A DNA stretch of 64,000 bases from Opitutia bacterium (GCA_947478395.1 CANJVR010000001.1:32001-96000); one strand, 5' to 3'. Positions 29,027-38,778 are shown, numbered from the stretch's first letter. Notes: a model not told the origin generated them from the sequence alone. Translations and numbers: made by a program.

Positions 29027-29413
29027 GTAGCGGCAGGCGTCCCTGCCTGCCGTTGGCTTTACGCTCCTCCAAGCCCGGCAGGCACAGAGGCCCGCCGCTA
29101 CAGTGACTCGCCCCGGTGTTCCACCACCTCGTAGCCGCAGGCGTCCCTGCCTGCCGTTGGCTTTACGCTCCTCCAAGCCCGGCAGGCACGGAGGCCCGCC
29201 GCTACAGTGACTCGCCTCGGTGTTACACCACCGCGTAGCCGCAGGCGTCCCTGCCTGCCGTTGGCTTTACGCTCCTCCAAGCCCGGCAGGCACAGAGGCC
29301 TGCCGCTACAGTGACTCGCCCCGGTGTTCCACCACCGCGTAGCCGCAGGCGTCCCTGCCTGCCGTTGGCTTTGCGCTTCTCCAAGCCCGGCAGGCACGGA
29401 GGCCTGCCGCTAC
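29027..29413. repeat. Tandem array of REP doublets (BIME-like), 4 units with 104-bp period
   Basis: GTAG starts at 29027, 29131, 29235, 29339; unit = REP, spacer, inverted REP, linker. Confidence 0.92.
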
Positions 29414-29494
29414 CACTCCAGCTCCGGACGTTCCGCCTCCAAATTCAAATTTAGTTTCGCCGCTCCGCCGTCGGCCGCATCACGCTTCACGGCC

Positions 29495-30970
29495 ATGAAC
29501 CCCACCCGTCTCCTTCTCGCATTCGCCGGCCTTTTTTGCGCCGCAGGCGTCAGCGCCCAGACCGCCGGTCCCAATTTCGGTAAACATTACCCGCCGGAAA
29601 AAAGCAGCTACGTCGACCCCGTCAGCGGTTTCACCGTCAACGTCCTCACCTCCGACAAGGCCGACGACGCCAAGCCCTATCAAACGCACACCACGTGGAC
29701 CGCCGACGGCAAGTGGATCATCTTTCGCGCCAACCGCGGCGGCAACGGTCTCCAAATCTTTCTGCTCAACGAACAGAGCGGTGACATCGTTCAAGTCACC
29801 GACACCCCCGGCACGAACACCGGCAGCCTCAATCTTTCGCGCAAGGAGATGAAACTTTACTTCATGCGCGGCGGCGCCCAGGGCGGTCGCGGCGCGCGCG
29901 GACCCGCCGCTCCAACCGCCGCAGCGCCGGCCACGCCCGCGCCACAGCGCCAGCTCATCGAATCAAACATCGGCGCGCTTATCGCCGACAGTCTCGCCGG
30001 CAAAGTGAAAGATTCCTCCGCTTACGAACGCGTGGTCGCCGCACTCCCGGGCGAACTCCGTGACAGCGGCGGCTTCGCCCTCGATGCCGACGAAAGCAAA
30101 GCCTACTGGGGCGTCGCCACCGACGCACCCGCCGGCGCGCGCGGTCCCGCGGCTGCTGCCGCCGTTGTCGACGCCACGCCCGCGCCCGCCGCCACCGGGG
30201 CCACGATCCCCGGCAGCACGCGCCAGATGGGTCGCGCCATCGATCAACCCAACATGGATCCCAATTATCCCCGCGAAGCCAATCGCACCCGCTGGGAACA
30301 ACAAGGCCGGGGCCAAGGCGGCATCCGCTCCATCGACCTCAAGACCGGCGCCATCAAAACCGTCATCGACGTGAATTTCCGCATGGGCCACGTGCAGACC
30401 AATCCGTGGGTTCCCGGCGAAATCGTTTACTGTCACGAAACCACCGGCGACGCGCCCCAGCGCATGTGGTTCGTGCGCGGCGACGGCACCGACAATCGCC
30501 CCCTCTACAAGGAAGATCCCCTCGGCTGGGAATGGATCACCCACGAAACCTTCGCGACCAAGGACGAGGTCATGTTCCTCATCATCGGTCATCTCCCGTA
30601 CCTCCGCGAACGGCCGAGCGGCGTCGCCGTCATCAACCTCCGCACGAATCGCATGAACATCGTCGGCCAGATCGACGAAGCCATCGCCGCGGATCGTCCC
30701 GGCGGCTTCTGGCATTGCAACGGCTCCTCCGACGGACGCTGGGCCGTGGCCGACACGTTCAAAGGCGACATCTATCTCATCGACCGTCTCAGCGGTGAAA
30801 CGACGCTCCTCACGAGCGACCACAAAATGACGCCCGACCACGCGCACCCGATCTTCAGTCCGGATAACAAGCGCGTGCTCATCCAATCCGGTCGCCTGAC
30901 CAACGGCGAAAGCCTCGACCTGATGGAAGTGACGATCCCCGACGCGCTGCTCAACCGCCGGAAGTCCTGA
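29495..30970 (+). CDS. Oligogalacturonate lyase-family beta-propeller protein, secreted
   Basis: Signal peptide; YVDPVSG, GHVQTNP, YCHET, WITHE, WHCN, HAHPIFSPD. Confidence 0.75.
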   Translation: MNPTRLLLAFAGLFCAAGVSAQTAGPNFGKHYPPEKSSYVDPVSGFTVNVLTSDKADDAKPYQTHTTWTADGKWIIFRANRGGNGLQIFLLNEQSGDIVQVTDTPGTNTGSLNLSRKEMKLYFMRGGAQGGRGARGPAAPTAAAPATPAPQRQLIESNIGALIADSLAGKVKDSSAYERVVAALPGELRDSGGFALDADESKAYWGVATDAPAGARGPAAAAAVVDATPAPAATGATIPGSTRQMGRAIDQPNMDPNYPREANRTRWEQQGRGQGGIRSIDLKTGAIKTVIDVNFRMGHVQTNPWVPGEIVYCHETTGDAPQRMWFVRGDGTDNRPLYKEDPLGWEWITHETFATKDEVMFLIIGHLPYLRERPSGVAVINLRTNRMNIVGQIDEAIAADRPGGFWHCNGSSDGRWAVADTFKGDIYLIDRLSGETTLLTSDHKMTPDHAHPIFSPDNKRVLIQSGRLTNGESLDLMEVTIPDALLNRRKS

Positions 30971-31085
30971 GTCTGCACGTGGAAAGTAGGGCGCGTTATC
31001 CGTAACGCGCCATGCCGAATCCCGCGTCGCCGTGGGTCAGCGCGCTGACCTCCACCGATCATCCCGTGGGTAACCAGAAAGGCCG

Positions 31086-31266
31086 CAGAGCGGTTTAGGT
31101 TTTTCCGTGGCCGTTGGGTGTAGCGGCAGGCGTCCCTGCCTGCCGAGTTCAGGTCCCTCGTAGCGGCAGGCGTCCCTGCCTGCCGGGTTCAGGGCCCTCG
31201 TTTCGGCAGGCAGGGACGCCTGCCGCTACGTCATCAGCGACGATGCTTTTGGTTAAACCGCTTTAA
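31086..31266 (+). mobile_element. MITE-like REP-carrying element (copy A)
   Basis: CAGAGCGGTTTAG…TTAAACCGCTTTAA termini; two direct and one inverted GTAG-REP. Confidence 0.8.
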
Positions 31267-31424
31267 CGCGCCGTGCCGGGACTTTTCAGTCCGGAACAAA
31301 AGAGGCGCCACGGGCACGCACCGATCGAAATATCCGGCAGCCAAAGGGGGTCGCGCTCGGGACAACACGACCGCAAAAGTAAATTGAACTCCGTCCGCGC
31401 TCCCGTTGGAGTCCGACTTTCCCC

Positions 31425-32888
31425 ATGCGTTTTCTTCCTTCCCTCCGGATCATCCCGCTCGCCACCGCTCTCGCCATTTCCGCCTCGCTGCATGCCGCCG
31501 AGGTCCGCACGCCCGCTCAGATTTCGACGCAATACTGCGTGGGTTGCCACGGCGTTAATCTCGTCGGCGGCACCGCGCCCAACCTGCTCGACAGCATTTG
31601 GGCCCACGGCTCCGACGACGCGTCCATCCTAAAGGGCATTCGCGACGGTTATCCGCTCACGGGCATGGCCGGCTTCGGCGCGGTCCTCTCGGAGGCCGAA
31701 CAAACCGCACTCGTTGGTTATATCCGCGCGCAAGGCCGGAGATTTGGCTTTGGCCAGATCGCCGCGGTGCCGCCGCCCGACTCGATCGTCATCAAAAGCG
31801 AATTGCACGATTTCCGCCTCGAATTGTTCGCCGCGCCGCTCGATACGCCGTGGGGCATGGTCTTTTTACCCGATGGAAAAATTCTCGTGACCGAGCGCAT
31901 CGGCGCCCTGCGCGTGATCGAAAACGGCAAGCTTCTCCCCGACCCGATTCGCGACACGCCGAAACCGTTCGTGCGCCAGGACGGCGGTTTCCTCGACGTC
32001 ACCGTTCATCCGGACTACGCGAAGAACGGCTGGGTTTATCTCGCCTACACCGAAGCCGGCCAGGCGCCGAATACAACGATGACCCGCATCGTGCGCGGCC
32101 GCATCCGCGACGGCGCTTGGGTCGACCAAGAGGATATTTTCCATGCGGCGCAGGAGTTTTACTACGTCGCCTACGATCACTACGGCTGCCGTTTCCTCTG
32201 GGACAAGGAAGGCCATTTATTTTTCACCATCGGCGAACGCGGCAAAGCCACGGACGCTCAAGACCTCCGCACGCCGTGCGGAAAAATTCACCGCGTTTTC
32301 GACGACGGCCGCGTTCCGCCCGATAATCCCTTCGCGAACAAAGCCGGCGCGTACGGCTCGATCTGGAGCTACGGCAACCGCAACCCGCAGGGCCTGCAGT
32401 TTCATCCGGCGACCGGCAAACTCTGGGCCACCGAGCACGGGCCAAACGGCGGCGACGAACTCAACCGCATCGAACCCGGGCACAATTACGGCTGGCCGGT
32501 GATTTCCTACGGCACGCCGGCGCAGCGCGAAGTGATCGAAGGCACCGCGCGCGAAGGCATGGATCAGCCCGCGGCGTGGTGGGTGCCTTCGGCGGCACCA
32601 TCGGGGATCACATTCTACACGGGCGATCGTTTCCCCCGCTGGAAAAACAGTCTGTTCATCGCCCACCTCGTCGGCCGGGTACTGCGGCGCGTCGAGACGG
32701 ACGGCGACAAAGTCGTGCACCAGGAAATCGTGATCAATGAAATGGGCCGCGTGCGCGACGTCGTCCAAGGCCCTGACGGTTACTTGTACGTCGTCTTCAA
32801 CAACCCCGGCCGTATCTCGCGCATCCTACCGGTACCTCCCGGCACCCCCGCCGGCCCGACCGTACCCGCCGCCGTCCCGCAAAAATAA
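31425..32888 (+). CDS. Cytochrome c fused to PQQ-dependent glucose/sorbosone dehydrogenase (copy 1)
   Basis: Signal peptide; CVGCH heme motif; PWGMVFLPDG, GNRNPQG, EHGPNGGDELN, NYGWP, GRVRDV. Confidence 0.9.
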   Translation: MRFLPSLRIIPLATALAISASLHAAEVRTPAQISTQYCVGCHGVNLVGGTAPNLLDSIWAHGSDDASILKGIRDGYPLTGMAGFGAVLSEAEQTALVGYIRAQGRRFGFGQIAAVPPPDSIVIKSELHDFRLELFAAPLDTPWGMVFLPDGKILVTERIGALRVIENGKLLPDPIRDTPKPFVRQDGGFLDVTVHPDYAKNGWVYLAYTEAGQAPNTTMTRIVRGRIRDGAWVDQEDIFHAAQEFYYVAYDHYGCRFLWDKEGHLFFTIGERGKATDAQDLRTPCGKIHRVFDDGRVPPDNPFANKAGAYGSIWSYGNRNPQGLQFHPATGKLWATEHGPNGGDELNRIEPGHNYGWPVISYGTPAQREVIEGTAREGMDQPAAWWVPSAAPSGITFYTGDRFPRWKNSLFIAHLVGRVLRRVETDGDKVVHQEIVINEMGRVRDVVQGPDGYLYVVFNNPGRISRILPVPPGTPAGPTVPAAVPQK

Positions 32889-32917
32889 TCGGGAGTCGGA
32901 GTGGCCCGCGAAGCACG

Positions 32918-33099
32918 CTAGAGCGGTTTAATTTTTTCCCTGCCCGTTTGGTGTAGCGGCAGGCGTCTCTGCCTGCCGAGTTCGGGACCCTCGTAGCGGC
33001 AGGCGTCTCTGCCTGCCGGGTTCAGGGCCCTCGTTGCGGCAGGCAGGGACGCCTGCCGCTACGTCATCAGCGACGATGCTTTTGGTTGAACCGCTTTAA
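32918..33099 (+). mobile_element. MITE-like REP-carrying element (copy B)
   Basis: CTAGAGCGGTTTAA…TTGAACCGCTTTAA; three REPs. Confidence 0.82.
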
Positions 33100-33258
33100 C
33101 GCGCCGTTTCGGGCCATCTCAGACCGGAGCAAAGGAGGCGCCAACGACACGCACCGATCGCGATCAACCGCGGCACTCATATGGTCGCGCTCGGGCAACG
33201 ACGGCGATAAAAGTAAATTGAAGTCCTAGCGCGCCGGCGTTGAAGTTCGCTCCACCCC

Positions 33259-34722
33259 ATGCGTTTTTCCCCCTTTCTCCGGATCATTCCGCTCGCCACG
33301 GCTCTCGCCCTTTCCGCCGCCCTACCCGCCGCCGAGGTCCGCACGCCTGACCAGATTTCAACGCAATACTGCGTCGGTTGCCACGGCCCCAATCTCGTCG
33401 GCGGCACCGCCCCCAGCTTGCTTGACAACATCTGGGTCCACGGCTCCGACAACGCTTCCATCCTGAAGGGCATTCGCGACGGCTATCCGCTCACCGGCAT
33501 GGTTGGCTTCGGCTCGGTCCTCTCGGAGGCCGAACAGACAGCACTGGTCGCCTACATCCGCGCGCAAGGCCGGAAATTCGGCTCTGGCCAGATCTCCGCC
33601 CCACCGCCGCCCGACTCGATCGTCATCAAAAGCGAACTACACGACTTCCGCCTCGAACTGTTCGCCGCGCCGCTCGACACGCCGTGGGGCATGGTCTTTT
33701 TGCCAGATGGAAAAATCCTCGTCACCGAGCGCATCGGCGCGCTGCGCGTAATCGAAAACGGCAAGCTCCTGCCCGATCCGATTCGCGACACGCCGAAACC
33801 ATTGGTGCGCCAAGACGGCGGGTTCCTCGATGTCACCGTTCATCCCGACTACGCGAAAAACGGCTGGGTTTACCTCGCCTACACCGAATCCGGCACGGCG
33901 CCCAACACCACCATGACGCGCGTCGTGCGCGGCCGCATTCGCGACGGCGCGTGGGTCGACCAGGAAGATATTTTCCATGCGAGCCAGGAATTTTATTACG
34001 TCGCCTATGATCACTACGGCTGCCGTTTCCTCTGGGACAAGGAAGGTCATTTGTTTTTCACGATTGGCGAACGCGGCAAGTCCACGGACGCGCAGGACCT
34101 CCGCAGCCCGTGCGGAAAAGTCCACCGCGTGTTCGACGACGGGCGCGTCCCGCCCGACAATCCCTTCGCGAACAAAGCCGGCGCGTACGGCTCGATCTGG
34201 AGCTACGGCAACCGCAACCCCCAAGGCCTGCAGTTTCATCCGGTGACGGGAAAATTATGGGAGACCGAGCACGGTCCCGTGGGCGGCGACGAATTGAACC
34301 GCATCGAGCCGGGCCACAACTACGGCTGGCCGGTGATTTCCTACGGCACGCCGGCGCGGCGCGAAGTGATTGAAGGCACCGCGCGCGAAGGGCTGGATCA
34401 GCCCGCGGCGTGGTGGGTCCCCTCGGCGGCACCGTCGGGTATTACGTTCTACACCGGCGATCGTTTTCCCCGCTGGAAAAACAGTCTATTCATCGCGCAC
34501 CTCGTCGGCCGCCAGTTGCGGCGCGTCGAGACGGACGGCGACAAAGTCGTACACCAGGAAATCGTGATCAATGAAATGGGCCGCGTGCGGGACGTCGTCC
34601 AAGGCCCTGACGGTTATTTGTACGTTCTGTTCAACAATCCCGGGCGCATCTCGCGCATCCTGCCGGTGCCGGCCGGCACGCCCGCTGGTCCGACGGTGCC
34701 GGCCGCCGCCCCGCAAAAATAA
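33259..34722 (+). CDS. Cytochrome c fused to PQQ-dependent glucose/sorbosone dehydrogenase (copy 2)
   Basis: Same 487-aa length and motifs as copy 1; about 35 aa differences by manual count. Confidence 0.9.
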   Translation: MRFSPFLRIIPLATALALSAALPAAEVRTPDQISTQYCVGCHGPNLVGGTAPSLLDNIWVHGSDNASILKGIRDGYPLTGMVGFGSVLSEAEQTALVAYIRAQGRKFGSGQISAPPPPDSIVIKSELHDFRLELFAAPLDTPWGMVFLPDGKILVTERIGALRVIENGKLLPDPIRDTPKPLVRQDGGFLDVTVHPDYAKNGWVYLAYTESGTAPNTTMTRVVRGRIRDGAWVDQEDIFHASQEFYYVAYDHYGCRFLWDKEGHLFFTIGERGKSTDAQDLRSPCGKVHRVFDDGRVPPDNPFANKAGAYGSIWSYGNRNPQGLQFHPVTGKLWETEHGPVGGDELNRIEPGHNYGWPVISYGTPARREVIEGTAREGLDQPAAWWVPSAAPSGITFYTGDRFPRWKNSLFIAHLVGRQLRRVETDGDKVVHQEIVINEMGRVRDVVQGPDGYLYVLFNNPGRISRILPVPAGTPAGPTVPAAAPQK

Positions 34723-34751
34723 TCGGCCGTCAGAGTTGCGCGCGAAGCACG

Positions 34752-34932
34752 CTAGAGCGGTTTAAGTTTTCCCCGCCCCGTTTGGTGTAGCGGCAGGCGT
34801 CTCTGCCTGCCGAGTTCAGGCCCCTCGTAGCGGCAGGCGTCTCTGCCTGCCGGGTTCGGGCCCTCGTCTCGGCAGGCAGGGACGCCTGCCGCTACGTCGT
34901 GAGCTGCTACGTTTTTCGTTGAACCGTTCCAA
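34752..34932 (+). mobile_element. MITE-like REP-carrying element (copy C)
   Basis: CTAGAGCGGTTTAA…TTGAACCGTTCCAA; three REPs. Confidence 0.8.
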
Positions 34933-35383
34933 ACACACGAAACCAGAGCGCAGCCGAACGGACTTCAGAGCATTCAACCGCCCTCCGTGTCTGTGATCGT
35001 GCGAGGGTTCTTCGCATCGATCCGAAGGTTTTCATTTCGCGTGTTTCGCGGGTAAATTCATCGGCCATCTTCTGGCGTGAGAAAGTTTCCGCCCTGAGCC
35101 CGGTCGAACGCGGCGGCGCTCCGCGCCCGGGTGTGTTTCACCGCCGCTTTCGGCCCCCGCCTGCTTCGCAAACACGAAGCCGAGCGAATCATGGGATGCG
35201 AAATCCAATGCGCGCACTACGCGACGGCCATCGAAATTCTCGGACAAGGCGTACAGACCCGGGTCTTCAAAGAAATTCTGGCGCAAATTGGGCGTTTTCT
35301 AGAACACGGCTGAACTCAAAAAATATTCTCAATTCAGCAGTTCAAACGTCGGGTAATTCAAGCTAGCGGGATCGTCGACGTCT

Positions 35384-36268
35384 TTACCCTTTAAATTTCA
35401 CCTCTCGATGGTAGCGCAAGAAAACTTGATGAGGTGCAAAAGATGAGTCCTTCGGCAGAAAAATACGGCCTTCAGGATTCAAAAGACGCTTAACCGGTTC
35501 GGGCACCAATCCCGCGGCTTGCAGAATCTGTCCATCATCCTGAATCGACAGAAATCCGCGGTCAAACAACCAGTGAACCGTCCGAGATAGCGCTATTCCG
35601 TTGCGGGGAGAGTCCGGGCCTTCGTCTTCAACCGGTTTGATGTGCGCGGCTTCAATCTCGGACCGACCTCCACCGTTAATGAGCTTCAAACCAGTCATCG
35701 CGCAGGTTCGGTCATAGGCAGCCTTGATCACCCGAGAAAATGCCGCATCTCGCAGCGGCCTCGAAATGATCGCGATGCGGCGCGGCCCATTATATTCCGC
35801 CTGCGTCTCTGCTACGGCGAATTCGTTAGCAACAACCGACTCGTCACCACTCACATCAGATATGGCTGTCGTCATTCCCAGCTGGCAGATTTTCCGGAAA
35901 TCTTCCGCTACCAACAGTCTCACTGAATTTATGAACGCTCCCGGATTCGTCGAACCATCGGAATTACGCAGTGAGGATTCTATGAGCGTGCCGGCGATTT
36001 TGAAAGGCACTGGCTCTGGAAATTCGAGGTAGTCAGCGATGTTTGCATAAAAATGCTCTGCCTTTGATGCATCAGGATTAACGCTGACAACTCGCGCCAT
36101 CGCAAAATACACCTGCCTGCCTCCGTCGCGCCGCGACTCATAGTAGAGAATCCAATCACCAACGGCTTCCGAAACTCTCTTCAGATATTGCTTGGGAAAG
36201 TGATAGCGTACCTCGACGGCGTCGTCGTATGAAGATTCTAGCTTTGCGGTAAAAACAGCGTTGGCCAC
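35384..36268 (-). CDS. HNH endonuclease (putative restriction endonuclease) with N-terminal putative DNA-reader domain
   Basis: YDRTCAMTG, EAAHIKP, PRNGIALSRTVHWLFDRG, LRYHRE; N-terminal YHFP…GDWILYYE…YFAMARV; visibly lower GC; GTG start inferred. Confidence 0.85.
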   Translation of the reverse strand: MANAVFTAKLESSYDDAVEVRYHFPKQYLKRVSEAVGDWILYYESRRDGGRQVYFAMARVVSVNPDASKAEHFYANIADYLEFPEPVPFKIAGTLIESSLRNSDGSTNPGAFINSVRLLVAEDFRKICQLGMTTAISDVSGDESVVANEFAVAETQAEYNGPRRIAIISRPLRDAAFSRVIKAAYDRTCAMTGLKLINGGGRSEIEAAHIKPVEDEGPDSPRNGIALSRTVHWLFDRGFLSIQDDGQILQAAGLVPEPVKRLLNPEGRIFLPKDSSFAPHQVFLRYHREVKFKG

Positions 36269-36345
36269 GAGATTTCCAGCCACTAAATCACTGAAGCAGG
36301 CCGGTTGTCTATTCGGTAAACGAATTTGAACGTTAGGAACTTCCA

Positions 36346-36549
36346 CACGGCTGCCCGAAACACGGCACCCGTCCCAAGGCTAACGCCGGATTCTGGCTCG
36401 CCAAGATCAACGGCAACAGGGCACGGGACCGGCGGGTGAATCGACTGATGCGCGCCAAGGGCTGGCGCGTGTCGCGGATCTGGGAGCATGAACTCGCCAA
36501 GAAAAATGAACCTCGATTGATCGTCCGCCTGATCCGGGCACTGCGCTGA
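36346..36549 (+). pseudogene. vsr: 5'-truncated very-short-patch repair endonuclease (Vsr)
   Basis: Translates HGCPKHGTRPKANAGFWLAKINGNRARDRRVNRLMRAKGWRVSRIWEHEL…*; in-frame TAG at 36334 and no start codon. Confidence 0.85.
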
Positions 36550-36591
36550 GGCCTGACTTGCGTTGATTCACCCTTTTGACGCGTTCGCGCC

Positions 36592-36810
36592 CTGCTCAAT
36601 GGGTCGCAGTGTCCCGCCGTCGAGCGAATCACGGAAAAGGTCAGCGGAGTCTGGCTTTTCAAAGGCACACGCGTCCCCGTCAAAGCCCTCTTCTAAAATC
36701 CGGAAAGCGGCGCAACGGTGGCGGAGTTTATCGAATGGTTTCCCGGTGCGACGCGTGCCCAAGTCGAAGCCGTGCTGGAACACGCCCAGCGCAGTCGCGT
36801 CGAGGCTTGA
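36592..36810 (+). pseudogene. DUF433-family protein with nonsense mutation
   Basis: SQCPAVERITEKVSGVWLFKGTRVPVKALF*NPESGATVAEFIEWFPG…; TAA at 36694-36696. Confidence 0.82.
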
Positions 36811-36816
36811 GGCCCG

Positions 36817-37227
36817 TCACCACACCACCTTTACCCCGACCGAAGGAGCGAACGCGGTCATCAGCGGATCGATCGTCATCAGCGGTAGCCCGTGCACCAC
36901 GGCGGTCGCGAGAATGTGCCGGTCGCACGGATCGCGATGCGGCCAGTCGAAGGCAGCCGCTAGCCAAGCAATGCGTGGCGTGACCGGCCGCACGTTAAAA
37001 CAGAGCCCAAAGGCCTCCAACCATGACATGGGAGCGGCCGCACCGGGAACAACCTTGCCGTCTTTTAGCAGTCGCGCGACTTCGGTGAGAGTCACATCGG
37101 ACACCGCCAGGGCCGCCGGAGACAAATTCGACAGCGTGGCACGAGCGGTCCGGCCCAAACGCATGGGTTCGAGTTGGGCCCAAAGCGCCGCGTGTGTGTC
37201 CAGCACGTAACGCAAACCCGTGCTCAT
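36817..37227 (-). CDS. PIN-domain toxin (VapC-like)
   Basis: YVLDTHAALW, SDVTLTEV, HRDPCDRHILATA, LMTID. Confidence 0.9.
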   Translation of the reverse strand: MSTGLRYVLDTHAALWAQLEPMRLGRTARATLSNLSPAALAVSDVTLTEVARLLKDGKVVPGAAAPMSWLEAFGLCFNVRPVTPRIAWLAAAFDWPHRDPCDRHILATAVVHGLPLMTIDPLMTAFAPSVGVKVVW

Positions 37228-37451
37228 CGCGCCCACTCTTTGGCCGGAATGACCGGAGCGGACGGATCGTATCCCGCCGCCAGCGTCGCCGTGCCGGCCA
37301 GCGTGCCAAGCGAGATCTTGGGTGGCTCGAACGCGAGACCGCGCTCCACCGTTTCTGCGAGATAAGCGGAAAGAGGAATCCTCGCCGCTTTGGCGCGCTG
37401 CCGCAGACGGCGTGACAACGGCTCCGTAGCATGGAATGAAAGGGTGGGCAT
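37224..37451 (-). CDS. Putative antitoxin (ribbon-helix-helix-like)
   Basis: 75 aa, PTLSFH…LRQRAKAARIPLSAYLAETVE; 4-bp overlap with the PIN gene start. Confidence 0.75.
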   Translation of the reverse strand: MPTLSFHATEPLSRRLRQRAKAARIPLSAYLAETVERGLAFEPPKISLGTLAGTATLAAGYDPSAPVIPAKEWAR

Positions 37452-37554
37452 ACCTATAGGTTTTCGACAGGTATGACCCTGTCAAGCCGCTCGCTCCGCG
37501 GGGAAACCCATTCCCACGTCCATCCCCCTCCCCATCCGTTCCGGGAACGCCCGC

Positions 37555-38778
37555 TCACCGCAGCGCCATCGTCCGCACGACCACGAGGCCGGCGAGCGTG
37601 CAGACCGCCAAGCCCACGGCCATCGGCATCACCGTGCCGTTGTGCAGCATTCCGACCAGCGCACCCGACGCAGCGCCGAGACCGAATTGAAACACGCCGA
37701 GCAGCGCCGATGCGCTGCCGGCCACTTCGCCATGCGGCGCCATCGCGAGCGCGGCGACGTTGGGGAAAATAATTCCCGCCGCCGACATGCTCAGGAAAAT
37801 CAGACCGATCAGCGCGGCCATCCCACCCCAGCCCGTCGCGGCGGCCAGCACGAGCAAAACTCCGGCGGCGGCGTTGAGCCCAAATCCGAGGAGCAACACA
37901 CGGGGCAGCGAATGGCGCCGGAGCAACCAACGGTTGAGTTGCGAGGCGCCGATCAGTCCCACCGCGTTGAAACCAAACACCAGCGCATAGGCCTGCGGCG
38001 ACAATCCGTGGAGTTCGATAAACACAAACGACGACGACGACAAATACGCGAAGAGCGCACCGAGCGTGAAGCCCGCCGCCAGCACCGCGCCCAAAAAGCG
38101 GACGTCGCGCAACAGCCGCAGATAAGTGCGCAGCGCCAGACCCACGCCGCCGACTTCCCGTCGCTCGCGCGGCAACGTTTCCGGCAGTCCCCAGCCCACC
38201 GCGGCTGCGCACGCGCCACCGATGACGGCCAGCACCCAAAAAATTTCCCGCCAACCCGTCCAGCCGAGCATTTGTCCGCCCAACGAGGGCGCGAGAATCG
38301 GCGACACGCCAAGGATCAACATCAGAATGGAATACACGCGGGCCGAATCGTCTTCGTGCGCGAAGCGGTCACGCACCACCGCGCGCGGAATCACCATGCT
38401 CGCCGAGCCGCCGAGCGCCATCACCAGCCGCCAGCCCAACAAGCTCGTGAGCGATTGCGCGCCCGCGCAGCCGATCGCCGCGACCACAAACACGGCGAGG
38501 CCGGCCAGTAACGGCCCCCGCCGGCCCCAGCGATCTGCGATCGGTCCGTAAAATGCCTGGCCCAACGCGAGTCCGATCATGAAAACCGAGAGCGTCAGTT
38601 GCACCCGCCCAGGCGCGAGCGCGAGATCGCGCGAAATCTGCGGCAACGCCGGCAGGTACATGTCGACCGCCAGGGGCCCCAAGGCCGTGAGCGCCCCGAG
38701 CACCAGGATGAACGCGCGTCCCGGGGCCGCCGCGTTGGCGACGTCAGGGGAAAATTGCTGGGATGAAGCGACCGGCAT
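37555..38778 (-). CDS. Bcr/CflA-family MFS multidrug efflux transporter
   Basis: PLAVDMYLPALP, GPIADRWGRR, GWREIFW, LPETL. Confidence 0.93.
   Translation of the reverse strand: MPVASSQQFSPDVANAAAPGRAFILVLGALTALGPLAVDMYLPALPQISRDLALAPGRVQLTLSVFMIGLALGQAFYGPIADRWGRRGPLLAGLAVFVVAAIGCAGAQSLTSLLGWRLVMALGGSASMVIPRAVVRDRFAHEDDSARVYSILMLILGVSPILAPSLGGQMLGWTGWREIFWVLAVIGGACAAAVGWGLPETLPRERREVGGVGLALRTYLRLLRDVRFLGAVLAAGFTLGALFAYLSSSSFVFIELHGLSPQAYALVFGFNAVGLIGASQLNRWLLRRHSLPRVLLLGFGLNAAAGVLLVLAAATGWGGMAALIGLIFLSMSAAGIIFPNVAALAMAPHGEVAGSASALLGVFQFGLGAASGALVGMLHNGTVMPMAVGLAVCTLAGLVVVRTMALR

Noticed and set aside
29027..29413. Possible CRISPR array
   Set aside because: Intervening sequences are near-identical rather than unique spacers, repeats alternate in orientation, and no cas genes are present
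29324..29494. N-terminal extension of the Ogl-like ORF
   Set aside because: Translates the REP array; the ATG at 29495 gives a clean signal peptide
35131..35313. Possible GxxExxY-family remnant (LLRKHEAERIMGC)
   Set aside because: Similarity limited to a few residues and the signature motif is absent
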